This document shows positions 34,501-48,405 of a DNA stretch of 64,000 nucleotides, piece by piece. Source of the DNA: Marsupella aquatica (Eukaryota > Plantae > Marchantiophyta); NCBI GenBank assembly GCA_973895155.1, contig OZ316892.1, positions 8,477,251 through 8,541,250 on the forward strand, given 5' to 3'. Positions within the stretch are counted from its first letter, which is position 1, and the number at the start of each line of letters is the position of its first letter. A model generated the notes under the pieces. It worked only from the letters and a program-made list of their open reading frames with translations, had not been told where the DNA came from and did no database searches. The translations under genes and the position numbers were made by a program.

Positions 34501-37500
34501 GGTTTGAATCAAGTTACCGGGGAGTTAATGGCCGTAAAGCAACTCAAACTTGACAATCCAAATGATCAAAGCCAAGAAAGAGATTTCCATCTCAAGTCAC
34601 TCCGGAGAGAGATTAATCTGTACAAGTCAATGAAGCATAAGCACATTGTAAGATATATTGACATGGATGAAGATGAAGAGTCAGGAAATCTCTACATATT
34701 TTTAGAGTATGTCTCCGGCGGATCTATTCAAAGGTACCTATCGTGACTGATATCAGGATATTGTTGCCAGAGATTATTGACCTTAACAACATATTAAGGG
34801 AAATCTTTTAATCTTTACTAAATATATCTCAAGACAGTGTGGTATGAGGATTAGACATAGGGAACCTCAATCTCAACTTTTGGGACAAACAATATCAAGT
34901 CAAACATGCATTCATTGTTTTCAAAGTTAATTCAAGCAGCTAACCTTTGTTACTTTTTTGGTAGCATGCTTGAAAGGTTTGGCCAATTCACGGAATCATT
35001 GGTTAGACTATATACCAGACAACTTCTCCTGGGGTTGGAGTATTTACATGGAAAGAAGCTTGTCCACCGTGACATCAAGGGAGGCAACGTTTTAGTTGAT
35101 GCACATGGTATTGTCAAGTTGGCTGATTTTGGAGCTTCAAAAGTAGTATCTACAGTAAGTTGAGTGTTGCAACTAAATCTTACCCCTACCTGGCCAAATA
35201 GCAATGTATTCAAGGGAGCCCAATAAAAGGGGTGTGAATCTTGTTAATGAAGGGACTTTTAACTCACTTCAATTATTTCTTTGTGCAGTTCTAGAAAAAC
35301 GAGTTGATTGAACACTAATTTCATAATCATTGCAGGACTTAAATAGAGAACACATCAAGCAATTGCAAAAACTTATTGATAAGAAACCAGCAGTTCAGAT
35401 TTCCTTTGCTCTTCTTGACATTAATATCCAAAATTAGCATTGTTCCCTTCCCTTTGAAATTTCAACTCAAGACATTCAAGGTTTATCTGTCTTGGAAAAG
35501 CCCTAACAGCACTATGGTAATGGCTATTTGGAAGTTGGAGCAACTCTTAAGCAATAGCACGTAATTATGATGCAGATTTTCCATGACCCTTTTGAGACAA
35601 ATGGGTTGAAATCCATAAGGGGCTCTGTGTTTTGGATGGCTCCTGAAGTCATCAAGGGTGACGGGTATGGCCGTCGTGCTGACATATGGAGTTTGGGTTG
35701 CACTGTCATTGAAATGTTAACTGCATCGTGAGTACAATTTCCATCACCGTGTCCCTATGTACTACTTGCAACCCAATATATGAACTCACTTTTAATACTC
35801 TGGCAAAATTTTTGTTGGAAATTAGTACCTTGCCACTCATGTTAGTTTATTTCCTAGAATGCCACTTTTTCCCCAGCACTGGTTATGTCAACCGTGTATG
35901 GTAACTCAGAACCATCCAACCGCCAAAATCCTGCCATGTGTCTGCATCAGACAACAATGATTCCCCTAATTTAGCAACCCAAACCCAACCTATTCTGCCT
36001 GACCAATGCCAGGGGTGGTCACCTTTGGGGAGCAAGGAGCCGTGGGAGAGTGGGAGAGGGCAGGCAGGGACAGGGACAAGTTCACCCAGGTGACTACACT
36101 GTTAATTGGTCGGGGCAGAATGCTTTAGGTTTGGGTTTGTAGAGGGAAGTCCCAGCCGTTGGATGGTTCCGAGTTAACCGTGCATGGTAAACTAACTGAT
36201 GCCGGTTAAACATGGCATTCTAGTAGATAAACTAAAAAGAGTGGCAAGTATTAATTTCTGACAAAACAATGAGTAAATCTCATCTCAGTATATATAAAAC
36301 AACAATGGTTCACCATTTCAATTAATTTATTAAGTTTTAAAAATTTCCCTGATGTCCAAATTTAGCCTATTTCTATGTCTTGACTGTAGTTAGCATTGAT
36401 TGAATTAGATCAATGCCCATATCTCAAGTATACATCAACATTTTGCTTAAATCTTGTCAAGCCTTAATACTCTACACGGAATTCAATTGGCTACAATGCC
36501 TAAAAATTATGTTTACCCAGAAAATGTTGGTGTTCACCTCACTTTTAGACAACCTTTTGTCCTTCAATATTGAGATCAAATGTTAAAATATCAGGAGTGT
36601 CATATTCTGACATCACCCTCAAATCTCGCCTCAAATGGCCACAAAAGTGCTGTTTGAGGGTCCTGTCGGCACATCTGACTTTTCAAACCTCCAGTTTGGA
36701 TATATTAGTATGAAAAGCGTTGCAACTAGGTTTTTCCAGGATATTGATTACCCTCACAATGCCAAGATATGTCCAGTGCTAAGAGTCATTACATCATGAT
36801 GTAGGTATGCAGGCTAAGACTAAAATTTTGGCCCAAAAGAAAAAAAAACAGGAATAGATTACAGTCAAGAAAAGGATTGTTTGCAATGTGAGTGGAGGCC
36901 TTAACCAATTTCAATGTATGAGACAGACATCCTTGGCCAGGATTGGACAACACCTGGTCTGCAATTTTCCACATTGCTAAAGCTACTAGCGGGCCACCTA
37001 TGCCACCCATGATTTCAGAATGTGCAAAAGATTTTTTACAATGTTGCTTCCTCCTTAATCCTAAACAAAGACCAAATGCTTCTAAGGTGTGTCATTGTTT
37101 ATGTTCTCAAGAGAAAATTGAAACACACTTCCAATACTTCAATATTTTGCATAAAACCCTCACAAGCAACACACAGTGAAAACGTGAACTAGTTGAAATA
37201 AATCCATCAAGTTCAGTAAGCTAGTTGCTCGGCTTGCTAAAAGGCAGTTTCCCGCTCAAAAAACACAATCAAGTTAAAGAGAAACATCAAGAGACTTGGA
37301 GAAAAGTAAGCTGAACAAGTTAATGCTAATGGCTTATGTTTGCGGCCATATATGTAGCCTTCATTGGGGTATCCTCTCCCACAAAGATGTACTTCCAACA
37401 TGTAAATAATTTACACCAAGAGCCTAACTACATTACTCATATTTTTCAACATGACACTACAACATTGAAAGTTTTGCTTGCAGCTGCTCATGCACCCTTT

Positions 37501-37549
37501 TGTTTGCGAAGCACTCTTATGCAAGGATCCAACTCATTTGCTTCATTGA
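31571..37549 (+). CDS. MAP kinase kinase kinase (MEKK/NPK1-ANP-like) with C-terminal kinase domain. Kinase exons: ..34134, 34492-34733, 34965-35142/35154, 35576-35727, 36927-37086, 37484-37549. N-terminal exons (31571-31795, 32161-32877, others) are tentative.
   Basis: [92 protein letters not shown]; GT-AG junctions are in frame across the kinase domain. Confidence 0.88.
35810..36266. mobile_element. MITE-like foldback element in a MAP3K intron
   Basis: gaaattagtaccttgccactc..tagtttat..ctagaatgcca..aactc.gaaccatccaac is the inverted counterpart of gttggatggttccgagtt..tggcattctagtagataaacta..gagtggcaagtattaatttc. Confidence 0.8.
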
Positions 37550-38967
37550 TTTGCACTTGAAAAAAAAATGCTCATATTTTTGAGAGGGCGGACTTCTCAC
37601 ATTGGGCCCTTACGCCATTTGAGGTACTCTTCTCTGATGTCATGGACTCCTCTAGAGATTTTGGAAGTTAAAAATTGCTGTTGGACATTATACTTTCTAT
37701 TTACATGTTTCTCTTCCTATTTTTCTCAGCTGTGGAATATGCCCTGTCTTGGAGTGAGAATGAAAGTTTACCTATAAGAGATCTGATTAAAGATGGGCTG
37801 TGGTAACATGGTTGTTTAGAATTCAAGCCTATCCAACAATAATGACCAAGTAGAATGACCGTCGACAAAGTGTGACACTACATGGAAACAAGACAAGAAT
37901 GGTGCAATAAAGCAAAGTGAGAGATGCTCAGCCATTTCAAAAACAATGGTTGTCCAACAGAATTTGTGGACAAAGACTGGCATGAAACAATGTGGCACTG
38001 CATGCCACTTTTCTTTGGTTGGAACCGCAGAAATAGCAGCTTCATTTCACTGAAACACTGCGAAAGAAAGAGCGCAGAATGCCCCTTTGTATGATTTGGC
38101 ATAAGACTACACAATAGTGCAACAGGCTAGAATGATGCTAAGGTGCAAGATAATGTCCAGCCTGCTACAAGGGTGCACAAAACCATCAGCAAACAAGAGA
38201 ACAATAAGAATATTTCAACGAAAGATACGTTATGGACTATTTTGCAACAAAATGTAGAAACAAATAAATGGCCAATCTCTCCCTCTCCATAAATACTTCG
38301 ATTTCAAGAAATGCGAAAGGACCTCTTTGTACGCTAGAAAGCGATCCAACTGGTAGCTTTAGCACGAACATTGCCCGAACACCAGAGCCCAGACAGGTCC
38401 AATCTAATTTCAGTACACAGATTGAATTTAGTTTTATGCTAAGTACGTGAACGCTCTTTGGGCGAGGAGCTCCAGATTTCGCCCAAAACAAATGAATTTC
38501 AAGAATGATCAAAATCTTCTAGTCCATATGTAAGAAAGGATGTCACAGTCAACCTTCCAATACAACTTCACAATCCTGAAGACCAGCCATGAATGCTTAA
38601 AGCCAATATAAGTTTCACCACTTTCCATGGGAGATTAGACTTCTCACATTCGACGCTAGGATTTTAGTCCAATTCACCCAAAATAAATTTGTGTACGATC
38701 AAAGCTTCATTGAAACGGAAACAGTATAATGGATGGATAATACCCTCGACCATCGAGAACCAAATAAATTTAGCTCGTCGTGGGAAAGTATGGTGGCACA
38801 GGATTCTCACCATGTTTGATACATCTAAGGATCAAGGTTCACCCATATGATCAGCTTCTTGAGTCTAAAGCATAATCTTGTTCTCCTTTCTGACGTTTGG
38901 ACGAAATTCATCTCCATTAAGGTTATGGATTAATCGAAGGAGCTCATTTGATGACGCATAAACACAT

Positions 38968-41900
38968 TCACAGAAAATTTGCCATTGGCGAGCTCCTCCC
39001 GCTAGTTTTAATAAGCCTGGAACACAAAACAAAAAAATGGAGATGATCAGGTCAACAGCTTTTCTGCTAAAATATGCTAAAACGAAGTTAGCGTTTCCAA
39101 ACAGCAGCAAAGTAAAGATATCATTAAGGTCGGCAACAATTCAACCTGAAAACTGAACAACAATCTTTGCAGGCATCACTGGATGTATTTCCTAACCAGA
39201 TCCGATCACAAGTTAATCTGAGGCGAAGTTCGTTTTGCTACAAACATACCTTTCATTCAAATTTTGGTGCAACCGTCCTTTTTGAGCCTCAACTGTCATC
39301 AATTCCCACTCCACCTGCCAAAGATCACTCATTGGAGTCGGTCGAAAGAGTACAAAATCTGGGTGGTTTCTGTTCTATTCTTCTCCAAAATCATTCCTTC
39401 ATGCATTCAATCATTCATTTGTTTTTCAATGATTGGAACGAATTCTCAGGACTACAAAGACTGGAAATTGAACACAAGAGATACTTAGCAGTCACAAACT
39501 GTGAGGATCTAGTGAGTTTGGGACTAGATTAGAGGTAGCAGCAACATTGCCATAGTCTTAGTATTAGATAATAACTAGAGCCGCCTACCTTTTCAACAAC
39601 ACAGGTAGGCCATTTGCTGATTATAAAGAGATCTAAGAAAAAGATCTCAGCATGAGGGCCCTACTCCTCAACCCTATCTTGACTTTGTTTGAAGTCGCCC
39701 ATACTCTTCTTTGAATCTCGAATGACCTTCTATGTGTGCTACTGTGTTATGTGTGTTCAAGTAAACTTCGGCGAGAAGAGTAATAGCGCTGACTGCGGCT
39801 ACTGTTACAGCATGTCCTTGGAGTATCCTTGAAAACAACTTCCTAGTATAATTGAACCTCTACGGCAAGGACTCTAGTTAGGGTCCATGAGACGGATTGA
39901 ATCAGAGTTCCGTAGCACGCGAATGTCAAAATGCTGTCTAGGGGGCCCTAGAGAAGGACATGCGAAAGGAACTTCTTAGGTTTGGCAGGGATGGACAGTC
40001 GCTGATTACCGACAGCAAGATTCATGTGAAGGAACTTCAGGACCTTGGTTTAGAGCTCTCCCTAACTAGTAAATGTTTATTGGGAACATGGAGAAAAGCC
40101 GTTGGCGACTGGACTGTACCTCTTCCTTCTTCTTCATCAGTGCCGCATTGATTGTTTGCTGAATTTCTAGTTGAGAATTAGCTTTCTCCAGATCAGCCAA
40201 TATCTTCTGTATGTCCTTCTCTTTGTCAAGAACATAATTTCTTTGAGCCTGTTAACCAGATCACGCATGACATGAAGCAGGTGAATTGTTTCGATAAAAG
40301 CTTAGAAAAATTTGAGTCACATCCATAGAAGTTGTGAAGGGTAGCTTACTTCAGTATCCTTGATGGATGTTCCAAGTGCTAGATTTACCTCAGCTAGCTG
40401 TCAAAAGGTAAGATCAGAGGAGCAAGTTACTTTCAATCGGATGAGAGATCAAAACGGACTTGAAACAAATCGCCGAGCTAAACCAAGCTGTCAAACTACG
40501 GAATTCAAATAGCAACAAAACGATATAGTTGTTGACAATATTTTTGAATCGGGCATTGATGCATCAAATAGAACTGGTTGCTTAATTCGGTTAGACTCCT
40601 GACTAATTATTGATAAGACTCAGTTTTTGGTAACTGCATGCCAAGGGCACACGAATCTCATATGCCTACGCTTACGATGGGGGATTATATAGCGTCCATT
40701 CACATTCTCATGGATATAGCTCAGACATATGAGGGACACCCACATTTCAAGAGCACCGAGAACTTCACTATTATGTAAAACCACTTGAAAAAATGCAATG
40801 TGGTCAGATGCTCTACTTTCCCAAATCTCTTTCACTCGTTCTTTGGTTCTGTAATTTTGAGCAGGTTTCAAACAGAGCGTAGAAATGCAAGAACCTCCTC
40901 ATTGGTTTTCCTTAAAGTACAGATCAAGGCTCGTGACTCTGCTTCCGCATTTTGACGATGCCGACATTCACTCTCACACTTTTGCAATAACTTGGATTTC
41001 TCATTGTTTAACACCTCGTACCTGTTCCACACGTCCTCTTTTGTCAAACCACTGTTTCCTGACTTCTATCGCCTTTAGTGTTGAGAAAATTAGACCCATC
41101 CATGATCTCTATTGCAACTTAATATTATGAGCTTACGTTGGTAAATGAACTTAAATCTTGAGATGGCCTATTGAGAAATTGCATTGATGAAAGTCCCAGT
41201 TTTTTGTAGAACGATGGCAATGACTGTAATCGAGTGAACTGGAAACCAGCCTGATCAAAATATGCAACTTGAACCGCTTGCAAGACGTGATTTTGGCAGA
41301 AATTAATATTTTTTATAAGTCAGGCTATTGCTACCTACGACGGGGCCTATTTTGAGCTCGACCAGCATTCATTCACGAAAGTTTATGAAACGACTTCATT
41401 ACAAGTGCTCTTAGACCTAATTAAAAAGCTTGAAGATCATCAAGGCAAATATTAGAGGGCAGATGCACTAACTTTTCAGTGGCTTCAATTAAGCTTTTCT
41501 CAAGCCAATCTCTGCTGGCTGTAATTTGAGCTAGCTTCTCATTAGCATCAACCAGCTTCTCCTCCCACTCCTGGTCGATTGTTGCTTGGCGTCTTTGGAG
41601 CATTTGTAGCTTTGCTTCACAAGCTTCAGCCTAAGAGGAGACATATTCATACATCCTTGTTAATATATCGACAGATATCTTTTATGTCAATGAAGAGGAC
41701 ACATAACTTTTATGACTCTTCAGGCAGGTGTTCTGATGACTGAAGTTTCATACTGTTGCTAAATGAAGGTCCAGAGAGCTTGCTCTTGGCTCCGTTTCTC
41801 AAGTCAAAATGTAGTAGCGAGCGAGTTTTTCAGTAAAGGCTAGGATTGGAACCAACATGCTCTCTTAAGTATTTACTTCAACAGAGAGGCTATTCCAAAG

Positions 41901-44900
41901 ACTTGATCCCATAATGTGGTGCTGAAATTCAGGGAATGTCTATACCTTGCTCAAGCTGCTCCGAATGACTTCCTGAATCTCAGAAGATGCTTCTTCTAGC
42001 CATTGAGCCCTTCCAGTATCTATCTGGATGATAAAATAAACGATTCAGTCAAATTTAATGTCCATAACATTCTCAGACCCAAACGAGGGGAAATGGACTA
42101 AAAGAGTGATTGTAGATCGCAGTGAGTACGGTGGATGGTGCCAGTTTTAATTCACAGATAAGTGTTACGACAAGTTTTAAGAGAGCATGGGACAATTGAG
42201 TGAGAGCTGCAAAAAGGGTGAAGAATACCTCTCGAACAAGTGTCACCTAGATTACTAATAGAAACTGTTCGACTGTATATTTTTCCAAGATGTACTACCT
42301 CTTTTTGCAATTCTCCCAATTTGTCTTGAGCTGAGCTCAGAGCTGCTTCACTGCGTTTGAACTGTACATAAATAATGACCACGTATGACTTAGTAACATT
42401 TCCTAGAATCAAGAGATGTTTCATGCAAGCAATAGACTGCTCTAAGATTATCAACTCTGCCGCAAGTTCTCATCGTGAAAAAGGTAGAGGGCGATATTTG
42501 GTCAATGCTTGAATACAGCGTAGATCTAGGATGACTTCACTCGTGCAAAGTATGTTTCTTTTCCCTGGTCGAGATCCAAGTACAGGAGCAACTATATACC
42601 ACTTGCTAGGAACATTATTCTAAGCATAAGAAAGCTTCCAAGTTTGGGATATTTCTTTGCTACAAGAATGCATACAATTTTTTTCCACCTTCATCAAAAA
42701 TACCATGTTGTCTGCAGTCACTTTGGCTACAACCTGCACGGGCAACCACAGTAAAGAGTCACATTTGTATGACAGTGACGACCAAAACAGGTACAATCAC
42801 TGTGTGCTCAGAGCACCAGATGACTGCTAGTTAAAGGAACTACTGAGGTCACTGTGGTCACAAGACTCGGTAATTTAACTCAAGGGTCAAAGAAGGAAGC
42901 CTTATTTACTACTTTGCGACCAGAGGACACTCACTACATGCAGGTGGTACATCTGGATGGTATCATTCAGTTTGCTCTTTCGTCAACTGACTGGTATGTT
43001 CGTGAAATATTGGATGGATGGATAATTCAGTCTCCAATATATTTGACCTTAGTATCAGATGAATGGACTTTTTACAAATGTCATAAACCCCCAATTGAAT
43101 CAAGGTAAAAAGTCAACGAGCAGTTCACGATGGCTCTCAGTTAACTCATCACCTCCTTGTACCGTTCAGCATTTTCTGCAGCTAGCGCAGCAGTTTTCAG
43201 GGCTGCATCGGCTGAACCTTCCATAATTTCTCTCTCTTTGAGAACCATCATTTGTTTCTTCAGCTTTTCATTTTCGGCTCTGTGGTCCGACAGAATCACC
43301 AAGCAGAAGTGAGTTGTAAACGAAGAAACTGAACTCTCCAGTTTCAATATCACCCATAAGTCCCCATATTGGTGAATGAACAGAAGAAGTAGATGCCAAC
43401 GGCAAATCTTGTTCACAATCGCCTCCTCCAAGAAGTCACAGGATTTACTTCAGAAAATTAGGACTAATACTTCATTCGCAAGGACTCAACTATTCAAGTT
43501 TGGACAGTTGATTCCGTTTCATTTCATTGAACAGTCAGGATATATTAGTATATGTCTAGAGTACTAATATTAGGGTCTTTCTTGGAAAGTATTGCTGTAC
43601 GGACCTCAGGTCCATTTCGCGGGCAGGTAACTTAAGGTGCTGTTCAGGATCATGTCCAGGCTGAAGCCCCCTTCCTCGCAATTGCTTCACATTGACAGCA
43701 ATGAGCTTTTCAGTCACAGTTCATGACCATGGTCACAGGATGGCAATGGACTTGAGGAGAAGGAAACACACATATATATAAAGCTTTTCTCGAATGTTGT
43801 TACCTCCTCAGCACGCTCTTTGTCCTTTCTGATTGCCTCAAGCTCTTTGACCATGTCGGCCATCAGATTTTCCTCACTCCGCAATTTATCTAGTGTCTTC
43901 TGTTTTCACGAAGTAAAGAGCTGTCATAATCAGCTATATGAACAATGTGGTAGAGAGGCCACACTTCCCAGACACATCCCCATTAGAAACCCCTTCATAG
44001 AAAACTTCTTACAAGTTATAACAGCCTGACTTGGAAGGTCACCTGCGTCTGGTTCTTGTAGTGTTCAACTTTCTCTTGCATTGTGGAGGTGGAAGCTTTC
44101 ATTTTTTCTGTCAATTCCATCTGAAATATCACAACTGGAAAAGGTTGGATTTGACAATGCGATATGTCACAACTGGAACAGGTTGGTTAGACAATGCGCA
44201 TAAAAGGTGGTCACTATGCAGGAAGAGAAATGTCAAAGTTAAAAATTGGAATTATACGTAGATGCTTAGTGTGTCCTACAATCCCAATCATAAACTGGCT
44301 CACAAAATGCGACCTTCGAGGTCCTGAGGCAATCGGGAAACGCAATTACTTTGCTAGAATGTGTTTGTGCAGGAAATTAAGGCAAGTCATTAACCTGGGT
44401 TATATCAGATTCCTCAAGTCTCTTCTGCAAAGTGCTCATTTCCTCGTTCAGGTCAGTTGTCTGCGGACGTCCAGAGAGTTTCAAGGTTCAAATCGTCGAA
44501 AAATCATATTCACAAGTCAGGATACAGTTAACGTTCACAAAGCAGTCGTTCTGCAGATCATGATTACATTTGGCTTTACTTTGTTAATGATTTGTCATCA
44601 ATACTAAAAGTTGGAAATTCATGCTTACATAGATCTCTAAGGTGGAAATCTGGTTTAAAGCTCTTCTTAATTTGTTCAAAGCCTTCTTCAGCGCAGCTTT
44701 CCTTTTCGATTCTGTTTCCTGCACTGTCACCAACGAAACTAACTCAACTGAGATTGTACGTACACAGTTAGCCTCCATCCGTTCCTCATATATTGACAGA
44801 GTTGACTGTTCAACGCAATGAAGCTGATCGCTTCTTCATTTCTCGAATCTGGTCAACTTTGTGCTAAAGAGACGAAGATGTGTGGGCCCGATTATCAACA

Positions 44901-45634
44901 TTGCTTGAAGGTTCCAGAAGCAAAGTTGTCGGCATGTACTGTGCATTTTAGCAACAATAGATTAAATAGACTGGCCAAACTGGTCAGGTGGTCAAGAGAG
45001 ACGTGAACTCAAGCCAATCTCACAGGGTGTTGAGAGCAGTTGAGACCTGCAAAGGTGGAGAACCTATGGCCACGACAGAAGTGTTCTCACTCTGCAAGAC
45101 TTTGATAGCCTCCTTCAAGTTTCCAGCAACGTCCTGAGTAAACTGTTCCACAGCAACACATCCGATATCCAATTTGCTATTCCATGTAAAGAGAGATGGT
45201 AAGACGTGACGTTCATTAATATCTGGATATAGTGAGTGATGGATTGAGAGCGTGTGCAACGATGAACTCTCAGAGGCGTATAGATTTTCAAGAAGTTCCT
45301 TGAGAGCAGTAAGTTAAATTGTCAAGAATACATGTGCGCACTTGGCTTTCCAAAGGAGCGGGACGAGTGAAAACCGGTAGATGGCCAGCAAAAGAAGAGT
45401 ATTCAACTGGAAACACAACTGGATCAATAGGCATCTAGACGATTTGATTTTCATCTTAAGAACAAAGTAAATGATACACATCAGATACCATATCCATATA
45501 GTATTTATACGAAGATAATCAGACATAACCGTATGCATATATTGATAAGCCCAGGTATGCAATGTGACAGTCCATTTACCGCCAAAAAAGCACATTCATA
45601 TCTATTTAACCTTAATAACCTGCATACTTAGCAT
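38968..45634 (-). CDS. Uncharacterised long coiled-coil protein, ~20 small exons (e.g. 45047-45133, 44629-44718, 44395-44460, 44043-44120, 43804-43899, 43604-43704, 43153-43279, 42689-42733, ~42299-42361, ~41945-42022, ~41473-41630, ~40120-40248, ~39250-39313, ~38968-39016)
   Basis: Phase-consistent GT-AG exons give K/E/Q/L-rich heptad sequence (ETESKRKAALKKALNKLRR; AENEKLKKQMMVLKERE; VTADNMVFLMKFKRSE; QQTINAALMKKKEEVEWELM). The start codon and a few central exons are uncertain. Confidence 0.78.
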
Positions 45635-46199
45635 ATCTCGTGTGGCTGTCAGCTGCTTGTCTTCTCATGCGTCCAGAACAACTTGTACATGTAAAAAGGT
45701 GGTAAGAGTATCCCTCGATTGACCGTGCCTATACGTTATGACCATGTGACTCGAGACCTATTGATTCGTTCCAAGTGTCCAAGAGAGAGAGAAAGAGAGA
45801 GCACATCTCTAGTGCGGCGCCATTTCTCTTGCGGAGTTCCTCGGTGGATCGTGCATCGCCCTTCAGATCCTCCTCCAATAACACGATGCTTGGAGATAGC
45901 CATTCCTTCGGCTCTTTCTTCCAAAGTAAGCCGCCGCCGGTCAGATCAGCTCAGACTAGCAGTCTGAGGAGCAACGTCATTCTCAAGATATGAGCAGAAG
46001 AGTACCGGATTCTCAAGTGAAACTCTCAAGATCATAACAAAGGAGAACAGCGGAGTTCGTAGAATGAAGAGAATAACCGCATTTCAACCTCAAATTTACT
46101 GCTTAATGAATCACTACTTCCTATTGAAGCTCGGAAGAGAATAAGGGGACGGAAGCAAGAAAACTAAATGGAGAGGAAAAATGATCATCTCTCTACCAT

Positions 46200-47760
46200 C
46201 ATCCTTTATCCTTTTGAAAGCTTCAATTGAGTGTAGTCATTCATACTGAGAAAGAAGAAAAGCAACGCTCACCAGACGTGGAATTGAGTGGAATCATTCA
46301 GAGGAATTGATTTTCTCTATATTCGAGCTTCCAAGACAGTAAAGTATGTCGAGAGAGAAGAGAGACCGAAACGAAGCAATGCTCATCAGGAACGAAAGAA
46401 TAAATGAACATTTTCAACTGAAAAACAACAGTGAACGGACAGAATAAATTATCTTCGGGTGAGAAAAAAGGGATGAATTGCTGGATAGACTCAATTGAAG
46501 CAATTAAGATAGTTAACGCCCACGGCAGAAACCGAGAACGAAGAGGAGAAAAGCTCATCCGAAAGGAATGAACTTTCTGTACTGGAGCTTTCAAGACGGA
46601 GTGGACATCAGCAGACAACGGAAAGACCCAAACGCTCAAGAGCACAGAATAAGTGACTACTCTCAGGAAAGATTTTATAGATAATGGAGCAGGACATTAG
46701 TAAGCAGAGAACGGAGAGGAGAAACGCTCACCAGACGACAATGCATGATTACACACTTTCAATACTCAATTGAGGCACTCAAGATAGAAAGAAGCGATGT
46801 ACGAGAGCAGGGGATAGAAAATTCCACTCAATTCTCTGTTCTCCTACATCGCCTCGCTTCAATTGAAGCATTCGAGACAGTATAACACGCGAGAAGAATA
46901 TGGGGAAGACTAACCATTATCAGAATAAAATAGAGGTCGAGAAACTCTCAGGAGACGAGAATTAGAGACAACCACATTACCAGCTTAAGCTTTCAATTGA
47001 ACAGAGGTTAGAGATGAGATACGCTCACCACAAGAGCATCAATGACGGAACGCTTTCTCAATTGAAGCATTCGAGATACTAAAGAAACGACGGCAGAGAA
47101 CAGATAATGGGGAGGAGAATCAATTACGAGAGGCAGATTGGGGTCGAGAAAGAATGAAAGAATGAAAGAAGACACGAGAATGAAAGAAATCTACACTACC
47201 AATTTACGTAGCTTTCAAGTGAGCAGAGGATAGCGAAGAGAAACGCTCAGAATCACAATGACAACGGAATGCACCCTCTTAAATGGAGCAGTCACGGACA
47301 TCAAACGAGACCAAAGGCCAAGAGAATAGAGAGAGGAAGTGCACATAAGCAGAGGAATTACCTTTCAATTGAGTAGAGTATAGCAAAGAGAAAGGCTCAC
47401 AAGAAGCGCAATGATGACAGAATGCACCCTCTCAATTGGAGCAGTCAAAAACATCAGACGAGACCAAGGGCCAGAGAATAGAGAGAGGAAGTGCACATCA
47501 GCAGAGGATAGCGAAGAAAAACGCTCACCGGAAGCACATTGACAACGAAATGCACCCTCTTGGAGCAGTCGAGGACATCAGACAAGACCAAGGACCGGAG
47601 AACACAGAGATGATCAGCAGAGAAGTTAGTTTTCAACTGAGCGGAGCATAGCGAAGAAAAACGCTCACCAGAAGCTCATTGACGACGGAATGCAACCACT
47701 CAATCGGATCAGTCAAGGGACATCAGACGAGGCCAAGGACAGAGCATAGGGAGGAATCAG
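46200..47760. repeat. Degenerate tandem array of ~130-220-bp units (~10 copies)
   Basis: Recurrent aaacgctcacc, gaatgcaccctct, tcaattga, gacatcagacgagaccaagg and agaatagagagaggaag motifs. Confidence 0.8.
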
Positions 47761-48148
47761 CATTGCAACATAGAAGAATACGGAACTGTCCAGTCCATCC
47801 GAAATTCGAAATGGGCGAGAGAGCGCGGTCGGTACGAAACTTGGTCACGGGCATGGTACTCTACGGTGCGGTTACCCAGGGGAGAGAACGTCAGCCTCGA
47901 GCGGTAACCAAATCACCTATCCACTACCGGTAGTGCGTCTCAAGTATTGAAAAAAAACACACACACTTCACCGGCGTCCCCCTATGCACTTGGGCACACC
48001 GCAACTGGGTATAGCCGGGCAGTGATATTTTTGGGCTCATAGATTTGAGAGGGGTCGCGGCTTGTGAAGATCACAAGGTGAGTCACTGAACACACTGAAA
48101 TCGGGAAATCGGGTCCTCTCCTCGTAGCTGTCGGCCTTCAGTTTTGGT

Positions 48149-48405
48149 TATGATTCCGGGGCGTGACTGGTCGGGCCTCACATTCGGTGCCCGACCAGTT
48201 GTTTTCACTGCCCTGAGTCACAACACTCCACGACGAGATCATGCACACAAATTCATTGTATTTGAGACTTCCTACTAGTAGGGTGTCTCAAATGTGTCGA
48301 TGTTTAAACTTTGGCCGAGCCTGGGATTGTTGTGCGTAGGGGCGACAGTCATGACTTACTTGGACACCAAATGTGAGGCCCGACCAGTCATGCTGGGAAC
48401 AATAA
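48149..48405. mobile_element. Small MITE-like inverted-repeat element
   Basis: gtgactggtcgggcctcacattcggtg (~48163) is inverted at caccaaatgtgaggcccgaccagtcat (~48366). Confidence 0.65.

Noticed and set aside
45736-45924. 62-aa ORF as the first coding exon of the coiled-coil gene
   Set aside because: I could not join it in frame with confidence; it may be UTR or a uORF.
47964-48024. Possible tRNA/SINE-like folded sequence
   Set aside because: No convincing A/B boxes or cloverleaf.
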